Assembly: GCF_009914755.1 (NCBI RefSeq)
Contig: NC_060939.1
DNA: 64,000 bases
Direction: 5' to 3' (one strand)
Source: the human T2T-CHM13v2.0 reference genome, Homo sapiens
In this document: positions 1 through 17,450 of the stretch, piece by piece
Layout: each line of letters begins with the position of its first letter
Numbering within the stretch: position 1 is the first letter of the stretch
Position numbers and translations under genes: made by a program
Notes under the pieces: model-generated
Databases searched by the model: none
The model's input: only the letters and a program-made list of their open reading frames with translations
What the model was told of the DNA's origin: nothing

Positions 1-910
<910 letters not shown>

Positions 911-3486
911 TTGGGAGCACATCCTCCTGTTTCTACTCAGTGGTGGGTGAAAGATTAGCTCCCAGCTTGACTGCTGAAACGAGGAGGAAGTGCATGCAGC
1001 TTTTGGATGGTGTTTGGCTGGAGTAGGGTAGGCATTATCAAAAAGTTTTTTGTGCTCTTAGACCATCTTTTTCCTGGTCCTTTCGCGGGGGCTTTTTTGT
1101 TGGTGTTTGTTTGTTTGTGTGTCTGTCTGCTTGTCAGCAGTGTCAGGTTGCAGACTTCCCAGAGCAGTATCTGGGATACATGAAAGGCAAAAAGAAAACC
1201 TAAGGAACTCAACGCAGCATCATTCCTCAAGTCCTGAGGTTCTCAGGCAAGCTGCCTTTCTCTTTCAACCTTCAGATTCTTCCTGTGTTTATTTGTTGTG
1301 TTATGGCCAGAGTTTTGTGTTCCAGGAGGAAGGACCTGGGAGGAATGGCACTATTCCATCTTGGCCAGAATTGGAAATCTGTTTAGAAAAAATTTTTAAC
1401 TGTTTCTATTCTCTCTTCGATTTCTTCTTCCCCTGTGTCTTCACGCCTTTTGATTGTATTCCTGCTTCTAAGCACCTCCAACAGAAAGAAGGCTGCGAAA
1501 TTAAAGGAGTTGGAATTCAAATCAGTCCATGTTGCTATACATTAGCAACTCTAGGAGAGGTTCAGTGAAGGAAGAAGTTAAAACTACTTACTAAAATGAG
1601 GTTTCCAATAAACTGTGGGTGTTAATTATCCATTCAACCCAAGCCCTCAATTAGCAGTAGTGGAATACTAAGGCTTAGACCCCATTCACTACCAAGATAC
1701 TGCCCTTCCGTTGCTTTTTAGATGAACTGCTCAGAGAATAGGGTATTCCCCACTCAAACTGAGAAACTGTATGATATAATGGAAATGTCAATTTTTTTGT
1801 TAGGAAAGCATAAATTATGCTTTAAAAATTTTCTTTGCTGTGTGTCAAGCAAAGGGACCAGCTGACATGGTACCTATCTTCGAGGCATGCTCAGTTAAAT
1901 AATAAGAATCGGGCAGAATACTCAGAGACAAGTGAATTAAGATTAACTAAAATGTGTGTTTACATTAAATTTAAGCTGATTATGAAGAGAAAAGTTAATG
2001 CAAGAAGCTGCTTTAGAGTAAAATGGCTTTATTATTAAATTGAAACAAATAGAATTTCATAAAATGCTCAACTCATAAATAGTAGAAAACTGCCAGAGAT
2101 ATGAAAGCCTGTAAAAAAACCTGTGATGCAGGCTAGAAAGTGAAGAAGTCAAGGCAATGCTGTTATATTGAATGAATAAGAAAAAGTACATTTTTTTGCT
2201 AATTACTTAATGAAACTCAGTTTCTATCATGAATTACAGACATTTTGCCAAACATTTATTTTCAGATTTCATTATGATATAATCAGATGTGTTTATTCTT
2301 AAGTCCCTCAAGTAACAAGTCAGTATTTGGCCCTTTTTTTCCTCTAAAATTATGTATTATAAAATACAATTCACACTTAAGAATAGTGAAATCTCTAGAT
2401 TTTTATAATCTTTCCAGATAACAAAAGATTGAAGAACTGCTAATGCTGAAACTATGTGATGCGTTTTTACAAAAGTTCTTCAAAATCTGAGCTTTTGTAT
2501 TTTCCATGTTAGTCAACTTGGGGAAAAAATGGTTTCTGATGATAAGGCTATCTAGAATTCACAGGATTCCTTTCTTTCTTTAACAAAGCACGTTTTACTA
2601 TCCATGTTAATCAAATATTTAAAATAATAACCTTTTAAACATCAACTGGCAACAATTACATTGTAGAAATTCAAACCAGAGATGCTCAGGAATGTGTCCA
2701 GAACAATTGCAGAGGGAAAGCTGCATTGTTCCAAAGGCTACAATTTCCGACTCCTGAAACACAGCCCAGCAGTAATAACAGTGCAGTGATCAGATTTCCT
2801 TCGTTAAAAAAGGGCTCTCTAGACACAGAAGATCATGAGATAAAGAATCTGAAAGTAACCACCTCCACTGCCTCCTCCTGATTCAGAATTTGATGTTACA
2901 CTCCTAATTTTCATTATAGCCTATTATTTCCAAAGCACCCTTAAAAAAATCAATAGTATGTCTAACTCATTAGTATTTTTGGTAATGAGGGGTCCCTTAT
3001 GTTGGGGGACCCCTCATAAGGGGGTCCTTTATGTTACTGTTGATTCAGCATTCCAGTAAATAAATTTTGGTCCAAGCATAAATCATGCCTTCATTTCTCT
3101 AGATTTCATACTGTCAAATTTGTTCCTTTCCTAGCTAATTTCAGATTTTTATTTTTTAGGAAAAAAAGCCATGTTCTTGCACCACACTAGTAAAGTAGAA
3201 ACCTTACATGCATTGCTGATTTTCAGGCAAACTATGTAACATGGCTTTCAATGGGTGCTTGGCAAGGAGGAAACATGGGCTAATAAACGAAAAATATAAA
3301 TGTATCTGAGGTGGCATGTCTGCCTCTCCCAAGAAATAAATTGTTCTATATAAAAAACAGCATGCTTTAAAACATTTTTTAAAAGTCAACAACCTAGTGT
3401 TATTTAACTAGCACACCAAGAGCCTCCTCATGCACACCTTCTTTCTGTCTTTCCTTTCTGGTTCTCCCTGTAACCACAGTACCTAA

Positions 3487-3904
<418 letters not shown>

Positions 3905-3929
3905 CCTCTCCTTTAATAAGTGTTTTTTC

Positions 3930-4170
3930 ATGTGTATTCTTAATTTATGAATAAAAACTGTACATATTTATGATGTACCACATCAGGCCTTGATGTGTCT
4001 ACACGTTGTGGAATGGTATAATCAAGCGAATGAATATATCCATCACCTCACATCCTTAGCATTTTTTGTGGTGAGAATATTTAAAATCCCCTCTTGGCAA
4101 TTTTCACATGTCCATTATTATTAACTACAGTTGGCACGCTGTACAGTAGCTCTCCAGAGCATCCTCCTTC
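3930..4170 (-). mobile_element. L1MA/L1MB 3' end fragment
   Basis: Motifs tgtacatatttatg, atatccatcacctcacat, gtggtgagaatatttaaaatc. Confidence 0.65.
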
Positions 4171-5663
4171 CGAGGGACGCTACACGCCAGGACAACATCT
4201 GGCTCTGTCTGCCCCACTGCACTCTTTCTCTGGGCAATGCTTTCCTTGAAGATTAGGTCCTCTTCTGCCTCTGGTCACCTCAATCAAAATAGCATCACTA
4301 CCAGTACACGTGCTTGAGGTGTCTATTGTTCTTCTATTGTTCTGGCATTTTCTCAGAAAGAAAGCTAAATCTTGTTTCTTGTACTGACCAAATGGTGCTG
4401 CAGGCTCTGATACCTCTTGAGAACCTCAGAACTCCCTAACTTCTGAGCTAACTTCTGAGCTGCCCCAGGCACTGAGGGCTGCCCGGATGTCCACAGGCAC
4501 TTTCCCCAGATGGTGGAGCTGGTCCTTATTCTTAGTGTCCCGTCACCGCAGACACTGGCTCCAGTTACCCCTTCACGACACACATCAAGCGGGCACTGTA
4601 GAGCCGTGAGGGCTACCTACGCTGGGTGTGGCAAGAAGAATCGACTGATAATACTGTGTAAGAGGAACCAGACCACAGGAGATTCACAGGTGAAAGACAG
4701 ATCAGAGACCACTGCAGTTGAGGGCTCCACGCTGAGGCACTGGGAAAAAAGGAGCGGTCTTCACTATATTACCAAAATTACTAGGCAAGACTGGGTGAAT
4801 AATTACATATTGGAGAAAGAAGAAAGAGAAGAAGATGATCTTTGGGACTGAGTGACAAGTGAAGCACAATTCAGGAGACCTGGTTATTGACTTTGGTCCC
4901 AGAAACTGTCCAGAAATACATGGTGGGAGGTGGTTGTAAAAAAGAACTCAACCGTTAGAGGCAGTGCAGCCAAGCAAAGGGATTGGCCAGTCTCTTTTAA
5001 ATACAGATACTTTCTATTTCCTATATGAAGATTAAAGGAAAGAACCTGATGGAGAAGAAGCTATCATTTTAGAAAGGAGACAGTGAATGTGGGTACAGGA
5101 AAAGCCGAATATACAGGGTGGGTAGAGAGGTGAATTCCATGGGGAGCAGCATCTCTGTGAGAAATACACTGGTCTGGGGCGAGGGCAGGCTACAGGTAAA
5201 CCAATGCTGTTGGTCTTCTGATGGAAACAGAACTTGAGTTCCATAACTATCAGCAAAGATGGGATGTTAGGATGAAGGCCTTGAGGACAGAGAATGTTCT
5301 GGGTGGTGAAGACGATGAAGATAAAATAATAAATGTATTTACTAGGAGACATTTTGTCATCAGAGACCATTTTCTCCAGTGTGTGGGCTTGCTTCAGATG
5401 TTTTCCCCAGCAACTTTTGGAAGGCTGGAAAAAAGCAACATAAACCCATGATTTAAAGGAGATAGAGGGACTTGAAACAGATTTCTTTGCTGCCTAAGAT
5501 GGGAGGCAGAATCAGGCAATTAAGCACGAGTCGAACTAAAATTTCTGAAAGAGCAGAAGGAAGAGTAAGAATGGGAGAGAGGGAGAGAAGACGACCAGCA
5601 ACAAGGGTTCTCGAAAGCAGAAGAGCACCTTTGCTCAAATGCCTGACAATGTAAAACAAGAAA

Positions 5664-5695
<32 letters not shown>

Positions 5696-6343
5696 CAGAA
5701 GTAGTTGAGAAACTTGGAGAAATGTGAAGTCCCTTCTGAGCAGATTTCACCAAGGTGCTGCTTTTCTGGGCATGCTGGAAGGAGTAAGAATTAGGGTAGG
5801 GAGGAAAAACAGTTACTGATTCATTTCACAATCAATGTGGAAAAATCCAAATTAGTCCAAATGCCCTTCCCAATTACATGTTAATAGCCACTTAACATTT
5901 TGTCTCTGCATCAGTAGACCAAACTTTGAATCATATTAAATGATGTCTGACTTTTTTTTTCTCATTAACTACATGGAAAACAGTCTCCGAAAATGTTACC
6001 CATGTAGGCAAAGTAAACTAATGGTTCACTAAACAACACCTCCAATGAATCGGTGCTCACTTGGCACACCCTCATTGCACTCCAACAAAGATCAAGGCAA
6101 CGACACAAAGGAGGACCCCTTACCCCAGAGGTGTGTGCAGTGATGATGGGTTCCTCTCAGTGCCAAGCCTGAGACCTCAGTTTCCCCACACTTTATTTCA
6201 CCACTGTGTCATGCACTCAAACACCCGAGGGGTCGAGGCTCGGCTCAGCCGTGGAGATAAAACACAGGATTAAACGGAGATTTAAATCCCTTGGTAGAAT
6301 CTGACCATATGGAACTCCAGATAAAAATGGTTAGAGCCTCTAA

Positions 6344-6646
<303 letters not shown>

Positions 6647-7039
6647 ACCCCTAACAATTTTTTTCCCAACTTCTTAGGCCTGACTTCTGAGAAACATTTT
6701 CTTTTCTTGTGTAAGATTTACTGCGGAAATTAGAATTAGTCTGAATGACTAAACCAAAACAATGACTTGAACATGTGTATTCTATTGCTCACCTATCAGA
6801 ATATCAAATATATAATTAAATTAAAGTCAATTTTAATGTAAAATGAAAGTATATGCTATTTTTTACTATTATATGAGATGATGTTGGAATAATGGCAATA
6901 TTCAGAATATCTGGGGATTTAACTCAATTTTACTTTGCATTCTAATGTTTTTTGGGCTACAGTTGTCTTCCCATTTACTAATAGAAATTGATTCTAGAAG
7001 TATAGATATAGAACATTCTTGGACATTCCAATGGGAGCC

Positions 7040-7470
7040 CAAAGTGAAAGATCTTTTCTTGAAAGCTACTTGGTTACATGGATAAAAAACCTGAAAACAA
7101 TATTCATACCATTTGACTCAGTAATCTTATTTAATGAAATATATCTCAAAGAAATAATCCATAACACATACAGTAACTTAGGCACAAAGATATTCATCAA
7201 AACATTATTTAGTCAACCAAATCAGAGCAAGTAATCTAAATGTCCAACAATAGAAAACTACTAAGTAAAATACATTATTTGGCCAGTCAAGGGAATATTA
7301 TACAGCCCTTACAATAAATGTAAAACATATTTAATAGCACAAGAGTATCTATAATATAAAGTTACATGTAAAAGTATGATAGTAACTTGTATGTACAGTG
7401 TGTAAATAATAGTGCATACATATTAAATGTGCATGAAAAACTAAAAGAAATACATCCAAATGTATTCACA
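7040..7470 (+). mobile_element. Ancient L1 (L1ME-like) ORF2 3'/3'UTR fragment
   Basis: Motifs cataccatttgactcagtaat, aaagatattcatca, ctaaatgtccaacaatag, ggaatattatacagcc. Confidence 0.65.
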
Positions 7471-7629
7471 TATTATAAAATTTTCTTCATGACAACTTTT
7501 TTTAATTTTGGAAAATAATAGATATTATTTTGTAGAAGCAGTCAAAGAGTAATGAGTATCAAATTTCCTAAATAATGATCTTATCGACTCCAGATGGGTC
7601 TTCATTTCACAATTTAAATATACAGAACA

Positions 7630-7984
<355 letters not shown>

Positions 7985-10596
7985 TTAAAAAAATATAAAA
8001 ATGTAATATCACATATGTGTTATGTATAAAGTCACATATGTGCTATGTATAAAAACCCATGGGGTGTACAGATCATGTATAGAGTTCACAGCTAAGTGAA
8101 GGAGAATGTCTGCCTCACTTCTTTCCACTTAACCATTCTCCTACCTGCTTTCCTCCCTTTCATCACATCTGAACAGAGCAGGTGTCTAAGCACCCCATAA
8201 GTTTGCAGCTCTGAAAACCCCTGGAGATTCTTCTGCACCAGCTCCTTGCAGGTTGTAACCCTCTTAGAAACTATGTACCCAACATGGCTGCCACCAGAAG
8301 GATGATGGTAGAAACATTTCAGGTAGTCAAAACCCCCAGTGGTTTCACTTGTATCAGGGATAAACATACTAAGAGCTAAACTAAATAGAATTTAATTTTG
8401 GGCACAGTAGCAACTGGTATATATCTACCTTCTGATGAAACATAGCAAGATATCCCAGTCTCCCAAGTATTTAAAGAAAGAAAATTCCTGTTTCTTATAC
8501 CAATTTTACCATTTTTTGCTATTCGTATCCCACCGTGGTTCCCTTGGGTCTTTCCATGCCTTCTAGTCTGCTGTGGACTAAGTGTCAGCTCCCCAGGCCA
8601 AGTGCCCAGAAACTCATCCCTTTCTTCACTCCTGCCCTGCAACCACGGCCCAACAGCGTCCCTAGGAGCTGTAATTATTCATTCTTCACACATTCCTTGC
8701 CTGGCGCGCTCCATTGCTCACTCGCTCCTGGGCTCAAACCAAACATTCTCTTCATGAGTTTCTTCAGTAACTTTAATGTGGCCTTGAGGACTTATGAGTG
8801 TCACAAGTCAAACTTGCAAAGCTTGAACGGGGGCACTAAAAAAGTGGAAAATCCCAAACTATCATCACTTGGATTTATGTCACTGGACATTTCATTTAGT
8901 TACAAGAGCAGTTATAATAGAGTTAAGCTGCCTCTTAAAGCTTAAGTATTTAGAAGGAAAGAGACAGTACAAGAATACACTAATCAACACGGAGCAATTG
9001 AACTAAAAATCAAGTCATAGCAGAGAATACCAGAGGTAATTATTCAGTGACATTATGTATTTTGAAAATCAAAAATGGCAAAGTTCACTGTTTTGCCTCC
9101 TTCCAGTTAGCTCCCACTGTCAACCTACAAAATGCAAAGTGCTTTGATAAGCCTAGAATTTTAAAAATCTCTCTCTATATAGCTCACTTTGCACTAACCT
9201 GTTAGAGTAAGTGTAAATTAGTTAACAGCACTTCACTGTGAAGCATCAAAACTAGTGTTTTGCCATACATATTCACAAAACCAGTCCCTTACAAGCCCTC
9301 TTCTCTACCATCTCAACGGGCTCCACTATCAGTATAATGGAATTCTAACATGTTTTGTTTTACATTTCAGGGTTTTGTTCTGATTGTTGTTGTTTTCACA
9401 GTTTCCTTTATAATGCAAGTAGCCATACAGAAAAAAAAAAAACCGTAGAGGTGCAACCTAGAAACATTCACGCTTTTGTGATAATACACAGAAAATAGTT
9501 TAGTAATATGTAAGTCTGATATGTGAGTCCCTCTCTGGCTGACTGACGGTTCCTATTAATATGGCAGCATGAGCAGGTTCTGATTTTTCTGTTTGCACAT
9601 TATTGCATAATCAAATATAGTCTTGGGCAAAGGTTGCCATATCAGGAAATTAGATGTCAATTAACAGAGGCTTGCTTTCCTGTCAGCCTTTGTTTAACAA
9701 ATTCCATCTGCTTTCCTCTGAAGGATGTTGGAGAAGAGAATTTTCCTTAATTATTTTAGAAACTCAGAGATGCGATAAAAAGAGAAAAAATACTGAGCCA
9801 AACAGACTCATGAGGTATCCAAACTTGGAGACAGAAACCAGCAGATAAAGCCATCACTGCTTATCTCCTAAGGAGAGGTAAATGTCATTCAAGCAGGCAG
9901 CTGAGAACCAGTGCAGGACAATCTGCCCCATTAATTGACCTTTTCTTCTTAATCTCAACAAACCAACCAATGCCCACGATCTATACCCACCCACCAATTC
10001 TCAGAGTTGATTCTACCCCAGGTGTGCTAATTTGGTTACATTGGGAACAAAGTGCATTCCCCTTGTAAGCATCTGAACTTTGAAAGAAGCAGCCATACTT
10101 CTGAAAGAGAAAAAGAAAAAAAGAAAAAAAAACAACCTTAAGTAACATATGTGACACCACCATTGTAGACAAATTATGTCAAGGTGGTAAATTAGCGCAA
10201 ATGACTTATTTACTCTCTTTACATTGTAATTTCTTCCACACAAACACTAAATCCATTACCAACAGGATTCCATCTACAGCGGAAAAACCTAAGTTAAACA
10301 GTTGGAAATTGTTTGTGGGGGTCACTGGCTACTTCCAAGTTTGGTACACACTCCACATTTGGATCTATATAATCCTAATCCTGACTGGGTAGTTTCCTAA
10401 AACTTAATAATTTGCACATCCACCTTTTTCCTATGACATAATAAAATCAAGCAATTTTCCTGGTCTCTCTGCACATCTCTGGTGCAGGCAGACCAAAGTC
10501 TTCATCTCTACACCTGCAGCGGTTTACTTGCTCGGACTTTATGTATATAAAATTTTTTCATTAATAAGACTAGGAATAAAAAAAAATAGAATATAG

Positions 10597-10900
<304 letters not shown>

Positions 10901-12132
10901 AAAACATTATTTTTTGTAGAGATGCCATAATTGACATCCAAGCTTAAAATTATCTGCATTAAATGCTGGCTCCTCGCCCCACACTGGCCGAGTGCAGCAC
11001 TGCAGACGATACTGACCACACCCCTGTCCTCTTCCTTTTGATCTGGATTATGAACTCAAAGAATGTTAAGATTGTTACAGAAATACCACAAAAGATTAAA
11101 AAATGGTGCATGAATTAAATGTATGTAAAATGTTCTAAAAAACCTGAATATGGACAATTTGGAACCCAACAACAAAAACTAAGGTACTTCTCTACTGGAT
11201 GGTTCTTCTTAGGTAATAAGGGAAATGTTATGCTTTGGATACAAGAGAAACATTTGAATAGCTCACTGAAGGTTTTATTCACAAACTAATAATTCTAAAT
11301 TCAGACCAAAAAAACTGATGCAACTATGTTTGAGACCTGAAAATTACTGAGCATGGATTCGGATGTTAAATCCCAGCTGTTTATGTACAAAGTAGCTGAG
11401 GCTCATAGCATACAGCAAAGGGAACCTGAAGAAAGAGTTTTCGGGTTCTACACCCACCATGCTTTGACAACACAATTGCAAGCTGCCAGAGGAGATGGGC
11501 TCCGTGCCACTGACCACCATGTGGACAACCAATTAAACCACATGCAGTATCAAATGACAAGAAGCTGTGGTCTGTGTAAAGCAAATAGAAGGTCTCCTTA
11601 TGTTTCAAACAGCTTACGGACTCTAAGAAACATGGAAATCAGAGCTGCAAGGCAACTCAGAGAGCATCCATTCCAGCACCCTCATTAGAAAGATGATCAA
11701 ACTGAGTCTGAACGACTTGCCAGAGTTCACACAAACCCTTCCTTGGGATCTAAACGCTCTTACACCTCAGATTTTCTACTGCAGAGGGTGAGCTTGAAAG
11801 CTAAACCCTCTATGTTCTCTAAAGGCAAAATACCCTGAAGTATGGAGGAAATTGCCTAGATAATTAACATTCCAAACAGTTTATGATAATAGAGTAAAAT
11901 CTTAAGCCTGGAGAACCATGTTTTATTTAGCATATTTAGTATTGCTTCAAACTTTATCTTTATTTTATGATTGAAAAGTGGTTCTCCAGGCATAAGGAGA
12001 AAAAGAAAGATAAATGGATAATTGATTGATTGATTGATATAGATACAGATATAGATACACATAGATAAGCACTGTATTTCGAAAATAAGAATGCTTCTTT
12101 TAAAAACTGGTTTTCTCTGCTTCTAAATGCCA

Positions 12133-12169
12133 ACACACACACACGCGCACGCACACACACACACACACA
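12133..12169. repeat. Interrupted (CA)n microsatellite
   Basis: CA runs interrupted by cgcg/cg. Confidence 0.9.
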
Positions 12170-12454
12170 AGCAAACAAACAAAAACCCACCACAATTAAT
12201 TAATATTTTTGAATCTCTTTGAATTTCCGGATCTGCTTTCATTTACTCACCCATGATCACCAGCCTTTTACAATCTCTGAGCCAAGTACAGGCCAGGTCC
12301 CAGAGAGGCCTCTGCAGAGGTGGTTAATCAATATTGTCCTCTTATGAGAGTACTGTGCTTTACAGAACAGTCCAGAAAATACATCTGCCCCCGAGCTACT
12401 ATTAGTGACTATTCCTGAACAGGTATACACTCTTCATAGAATTATACAAAATTA

Positions 12455-12840
<386 letters not shown>

Positions 12841-13171
12841 TCATTTTATATGTAAATATATCTGATATAAAAATTATATACTATACTATATATTCTCATT
12901 GTATATAATATAAATTACATGTCACCATACCTGTGTATATAATAGAATATATTCAAAGATGGAATGGGACTCTCCCTAGTGGGATGCAGTGTCTGAGCAC
13001 TGCCTGTTTCCTCTGCTGCCACAGCCCCCAGGAGGAATCTCCAGGTATCCAAGGCTACCAACCACGGCCACGCCCAGTAGCTTCAGGGAGCCGTATTTTG
13101 TTCTCCAAATTAAGCTACTATTGTTGACGCCTCTTGCACTTTCTCCTCTTCAACACACACCTCTATCCCTC

Positions 13172-13473
13172 TTATTTATTTATTTATTTATTTAGAGACA
13201 GGGTTTCTCTCTGTCGCCCAGGCTGGAGTGCAGTGGCGCGATCTCAGTTCACTGCAGCCTCTGCCTCCCGGGTTCAAGATTCTTGTGACTCAGCCTCCCG
13301 AGCAGCTGGGATTACAGGAGAGTGCAATCACGCCCGGCTAATTTTTGTATTTTTAGCAGAAATGGGGTTTTGCCATGTTGGCCAGGCTGGTATGAACTTC
13401 TGAGTTCAGGTGATCCGCCCACCTTGGCCTCCCAAAGTGCTGGGATTACGGGCATAAAACCCCACACCCAGCC
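13172..13473 (-). mobile_element. Alu (S-type)
   Basis: (TTTA)n tail followed by reverse Alu consensus. Confidence 0.95.
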
Positions 13474-14034
13474 CTCTTTATCATTTATTCTTATAATAGG
13501 TACAAGAACATAAGAAGGCTTAATACATACAAACCTCCCCTCAATGTCACAGAGACTGTTACTGTAAAACAAAAAATATCTTATTTTTTAAAATCAATTA
13601 ATTATAACAAGTGCTTTAATCTTCATTTCTGCAAAATATCACTCATCTCCTTGTAAACCAGTAGATTATTTGTCAAAATTTTGCCTTCAACGATGTGGGC
13701 ACTGTCAGTCAAAGTGGCTTTGCTAATACAGTACTCTTCTCTGCTATTGTCATTAATATGGAAGACCATTCTGATTCAATCCTTTAGCCCCATATTTCTT
13801 AAACTGTATTCTACCAAAACCTCTGTGAAGAAGTGCTAATTAAGGGCCCCTCACCCCTTCACAAAGAAAAAAAAATTTCCAGTCAAATATATCTGGAAAA
13901 CGTTGAATTCTTCACCCCCTCATGAAGATTTGCAAAATCATTAATGTATTAAAGAACCTGACAATTCCTGCAGCAAAGAAACCTATTTTATGTGTTGGCC
14001 ATAATTTCCAATATTATTTGAGCAGAAACACTTA

Positions 14035-14223
14035 GATTACAGGACACACATTAACGTTCTATAGGACGGTGTTCTCTAAGCAACATTGTTTTAGTCCATG
14101 CCACAAGGAATGACATCTCACAAGGAATGATTACAGGACACACATTAACATTCTATAGGACGGTGTTCTCCAAGCAACCATTGTTTTAGTCCATGCCACA
14201 AGGAATGACACCTCACAGGGAAT
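14035..14223. repeat. Tandem duplication of a 94/95-bp unit
   Basis: 14035-14128 versus 14129-14223: 4 substitutions and 1 indel. Confidence 0.95.
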
Positions 14224-14947
14224 TTTGGTGCCCAGGGCCAAATCAAAAGAAAGATTCAGAAATGAAAACTCATTCAATGGCACAGTCCAATATACCCTCA
14301 TACCAATGAGTTAACTGCAGAATGCTTAAGAGCCTCAACAAAGAATATCGCACAATCAATCCAGGTCCTCAGACAGGTATCCCCGCCCCCTTTCTAGGAT
14401 GCATACTGCCTTGGAAAGGCAAGGCATTTTGCAGGCTCTGCCCTAATTGTGGACTCTGAGCCTTCAGTGTGTATCAGTGGTGAGAAATTATTCTTGGAGG
14501 GCACCTGGCAGTAACTCCAACGCCTCCCAAGGGTTCTTGGCCTATAGCTTTGGAACCACTGGTCTGGGTCATAGGGATGGCACTGTTTTCCAAAACTCAG
14601 ATATTTTTTCTGGGACAAGTTCACAGGGATCTTCATGTTTAAAGTTACGGTTAATTTTTATGGGCTAAACACCCAAAAAAGAGAATCTCTGCAATAAAAC
14701 AGTTCAAAGATACACCTTTACTGCAAGGGCCATTGACTCCAAGAATTCACTCGACAAATATTTACCAAGCATATCCTACATGGCAAGAACTGTGCTCTGT
14801 GGCCATTCTAGTATACTTTTGGCCTGATATATGGATTTATCTCTCACATAGAGAATTACAGTCAGCATAATTGGCAAAAATTAACAATATTACAATAAAT
14901 TATCCGAATTGGTTTTGTTCTTTCACAACCATTTTTGGTCTGCATAG

Positions 14948-14949
<2 letters not shown>

Positions 14950-14981
<32 letters not shown>
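14950..14981. repeat. (AC)16 microsatellite
   Basis: Perfect dinucleotide run. Confidence 0.97.
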
Positions 14982-14982
<1 letters not shown>

Positions 14983-15156
14983 ATGGAATAATGGATGACC
15001 CAGAAAACTTGTTCCTTCTACTCATTAAAACTAATTATTGTAAAGTCTTATTCAAAAAAATAAAATTTAAAAGAACAGTGATGTGATGTTGAGCTAACTG
15101 ACAAATATTTTATACATATATGGCAAACACAGTCAGGGTTATATCATTTTAAGCTA

Positions 15157-15595
<439 letters not shown>

Positions 15596-16175
15596 TTACA
15601 TAAAAGGAATTCTTTTATTGTAGAACTGGGGTAAAACATGATGATGATGTAATCAATAGAATTCATATCCTCTTTTAAAAACAAATTAGGACACTTAAAG
15701 AACTGTGATGTTCTCAGATCTTAATCTTATTCTTATTCATGTGAAATGTTAGTACCGCACATGCCAAAGTTTTTGATATCTGTAGTAAATGCTTCTGTGA
15801 GATGTTTAAGTTCAGTGGAAAAATGCAAAAAGAGATACATTAGTTAACGTTTACACATGGCTTCTAATTCTGGATGTGGTCTCCTGACTACAAAGGAATG
15901 AGGGGCAATCTACATTTCCAGCTACAGAGATCAAGAGACTCACTCTATCTTGATTGAATGGCACTGAGCAAATCGCCAAGAGACCTATCTTAGTCCTCTT
16001 CTTCCAAATTTTGCAGCTAGACAATCCTCTTAATGGCTGGCATAAATGGCCCAGAAGTAAGTTGCACCAGAAACTTGCAAACAAATGAAAACCACCTCTG
16101 CTCCACGGCACTGCTGAGTGGGCAGGCGGAAGGGAAGACATAGCCCAAAGAATCCCTGTATAAAAAGAATGTCAA

Positions 16176-16519
<344 letters not shown>

Positions 16520-16889
16520 CTAAGGAGACACAAAACTTTCGGTGTACAAAGGTACCAGTGATTGGTGCTTAGAATATCCTCACCAGCGCTTACATATGCT
16601 AAATTTTGAGAGAAACTGCAATCCTTTACTCTTCTTTCTGCTTTGAAATTAGCATAAAAGTTCCCCAGTGAAAGGGGTACCAGCTACAGAATACTTTACA
16701 GACTTTGTGATCTTTGGTTGGTGGTATTATAATTGGGTACAATCACACAAATTATGGTTGAATTATGTCCTCTAAAGTAAACACTGTATACATCACATTT
16801 AGCCTGTAAGATTCTTCTTTGTCCTGAGCCCAAATTCCGAGACATTAAAGCATTTCATTGGAAATTTACATATCACTTTCTTCATGCAC

Positions 16890-17210
16890 TTATATATTTA
16901 TTCATTTGTTTATTCTTCATTCATATATTCCTTTCCACAAATATTCGTATCTATTGAATATTGGATCCTATGCAAAGAACGGCTCATAGAAACAGCCCTG
17001 CCTCACGGAGTGTATGCTCTAATGGAGAGAGATGGAGAAGAAAGACTAAGCAAACAACCACACCCAAAGAACATTTAACACTATAATAAGTGTTGCAGGA
17101 AAGAATAAGTTTTCACAGAAATGCAGAATGGGAAATGTCTAATTTAGATAGCAGTGAAGGTCATGGAAGAAGATAAAGTCCTGTGAGCCCTTAATGGAGC
17201 ATCTTTTGTT
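16890..17210 (-). mobile_element. L2 3' fragment
   Basis: ttcattcat...caaatatt pattern of the reverse L2 tail; highly diverged. Confidence 0.5.
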
Positions 17211-17254
17211 GTCCTGTAGCTTGATGAGGTAGAAAGATCAAAGAAGCAGAACCA

Positions 17255-17450
17255 GTTCCCAGCTTTGTCCTGCAGTAAGAGTAAGAAAGTCGGTGCTATT
17301 TCTGAGCCTATTTCCTCATCTAAAAAAATGGAGATGAGGTTAACACCTCTATTACCTACCTCACCAGCTGATGGGTCAAGTTTGATAATCAAATGTGACA
17401 TAATACCTGAAGCATTTTATAAACCGCAGAATGGTGTAAAACTGTTAGTT
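17255..17450 (+). mobile_element. MIR
   Basis: Core ctgagcctatttcctcatctaaaaaaatggagat...tacctacctca. Confidence 0.75.
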
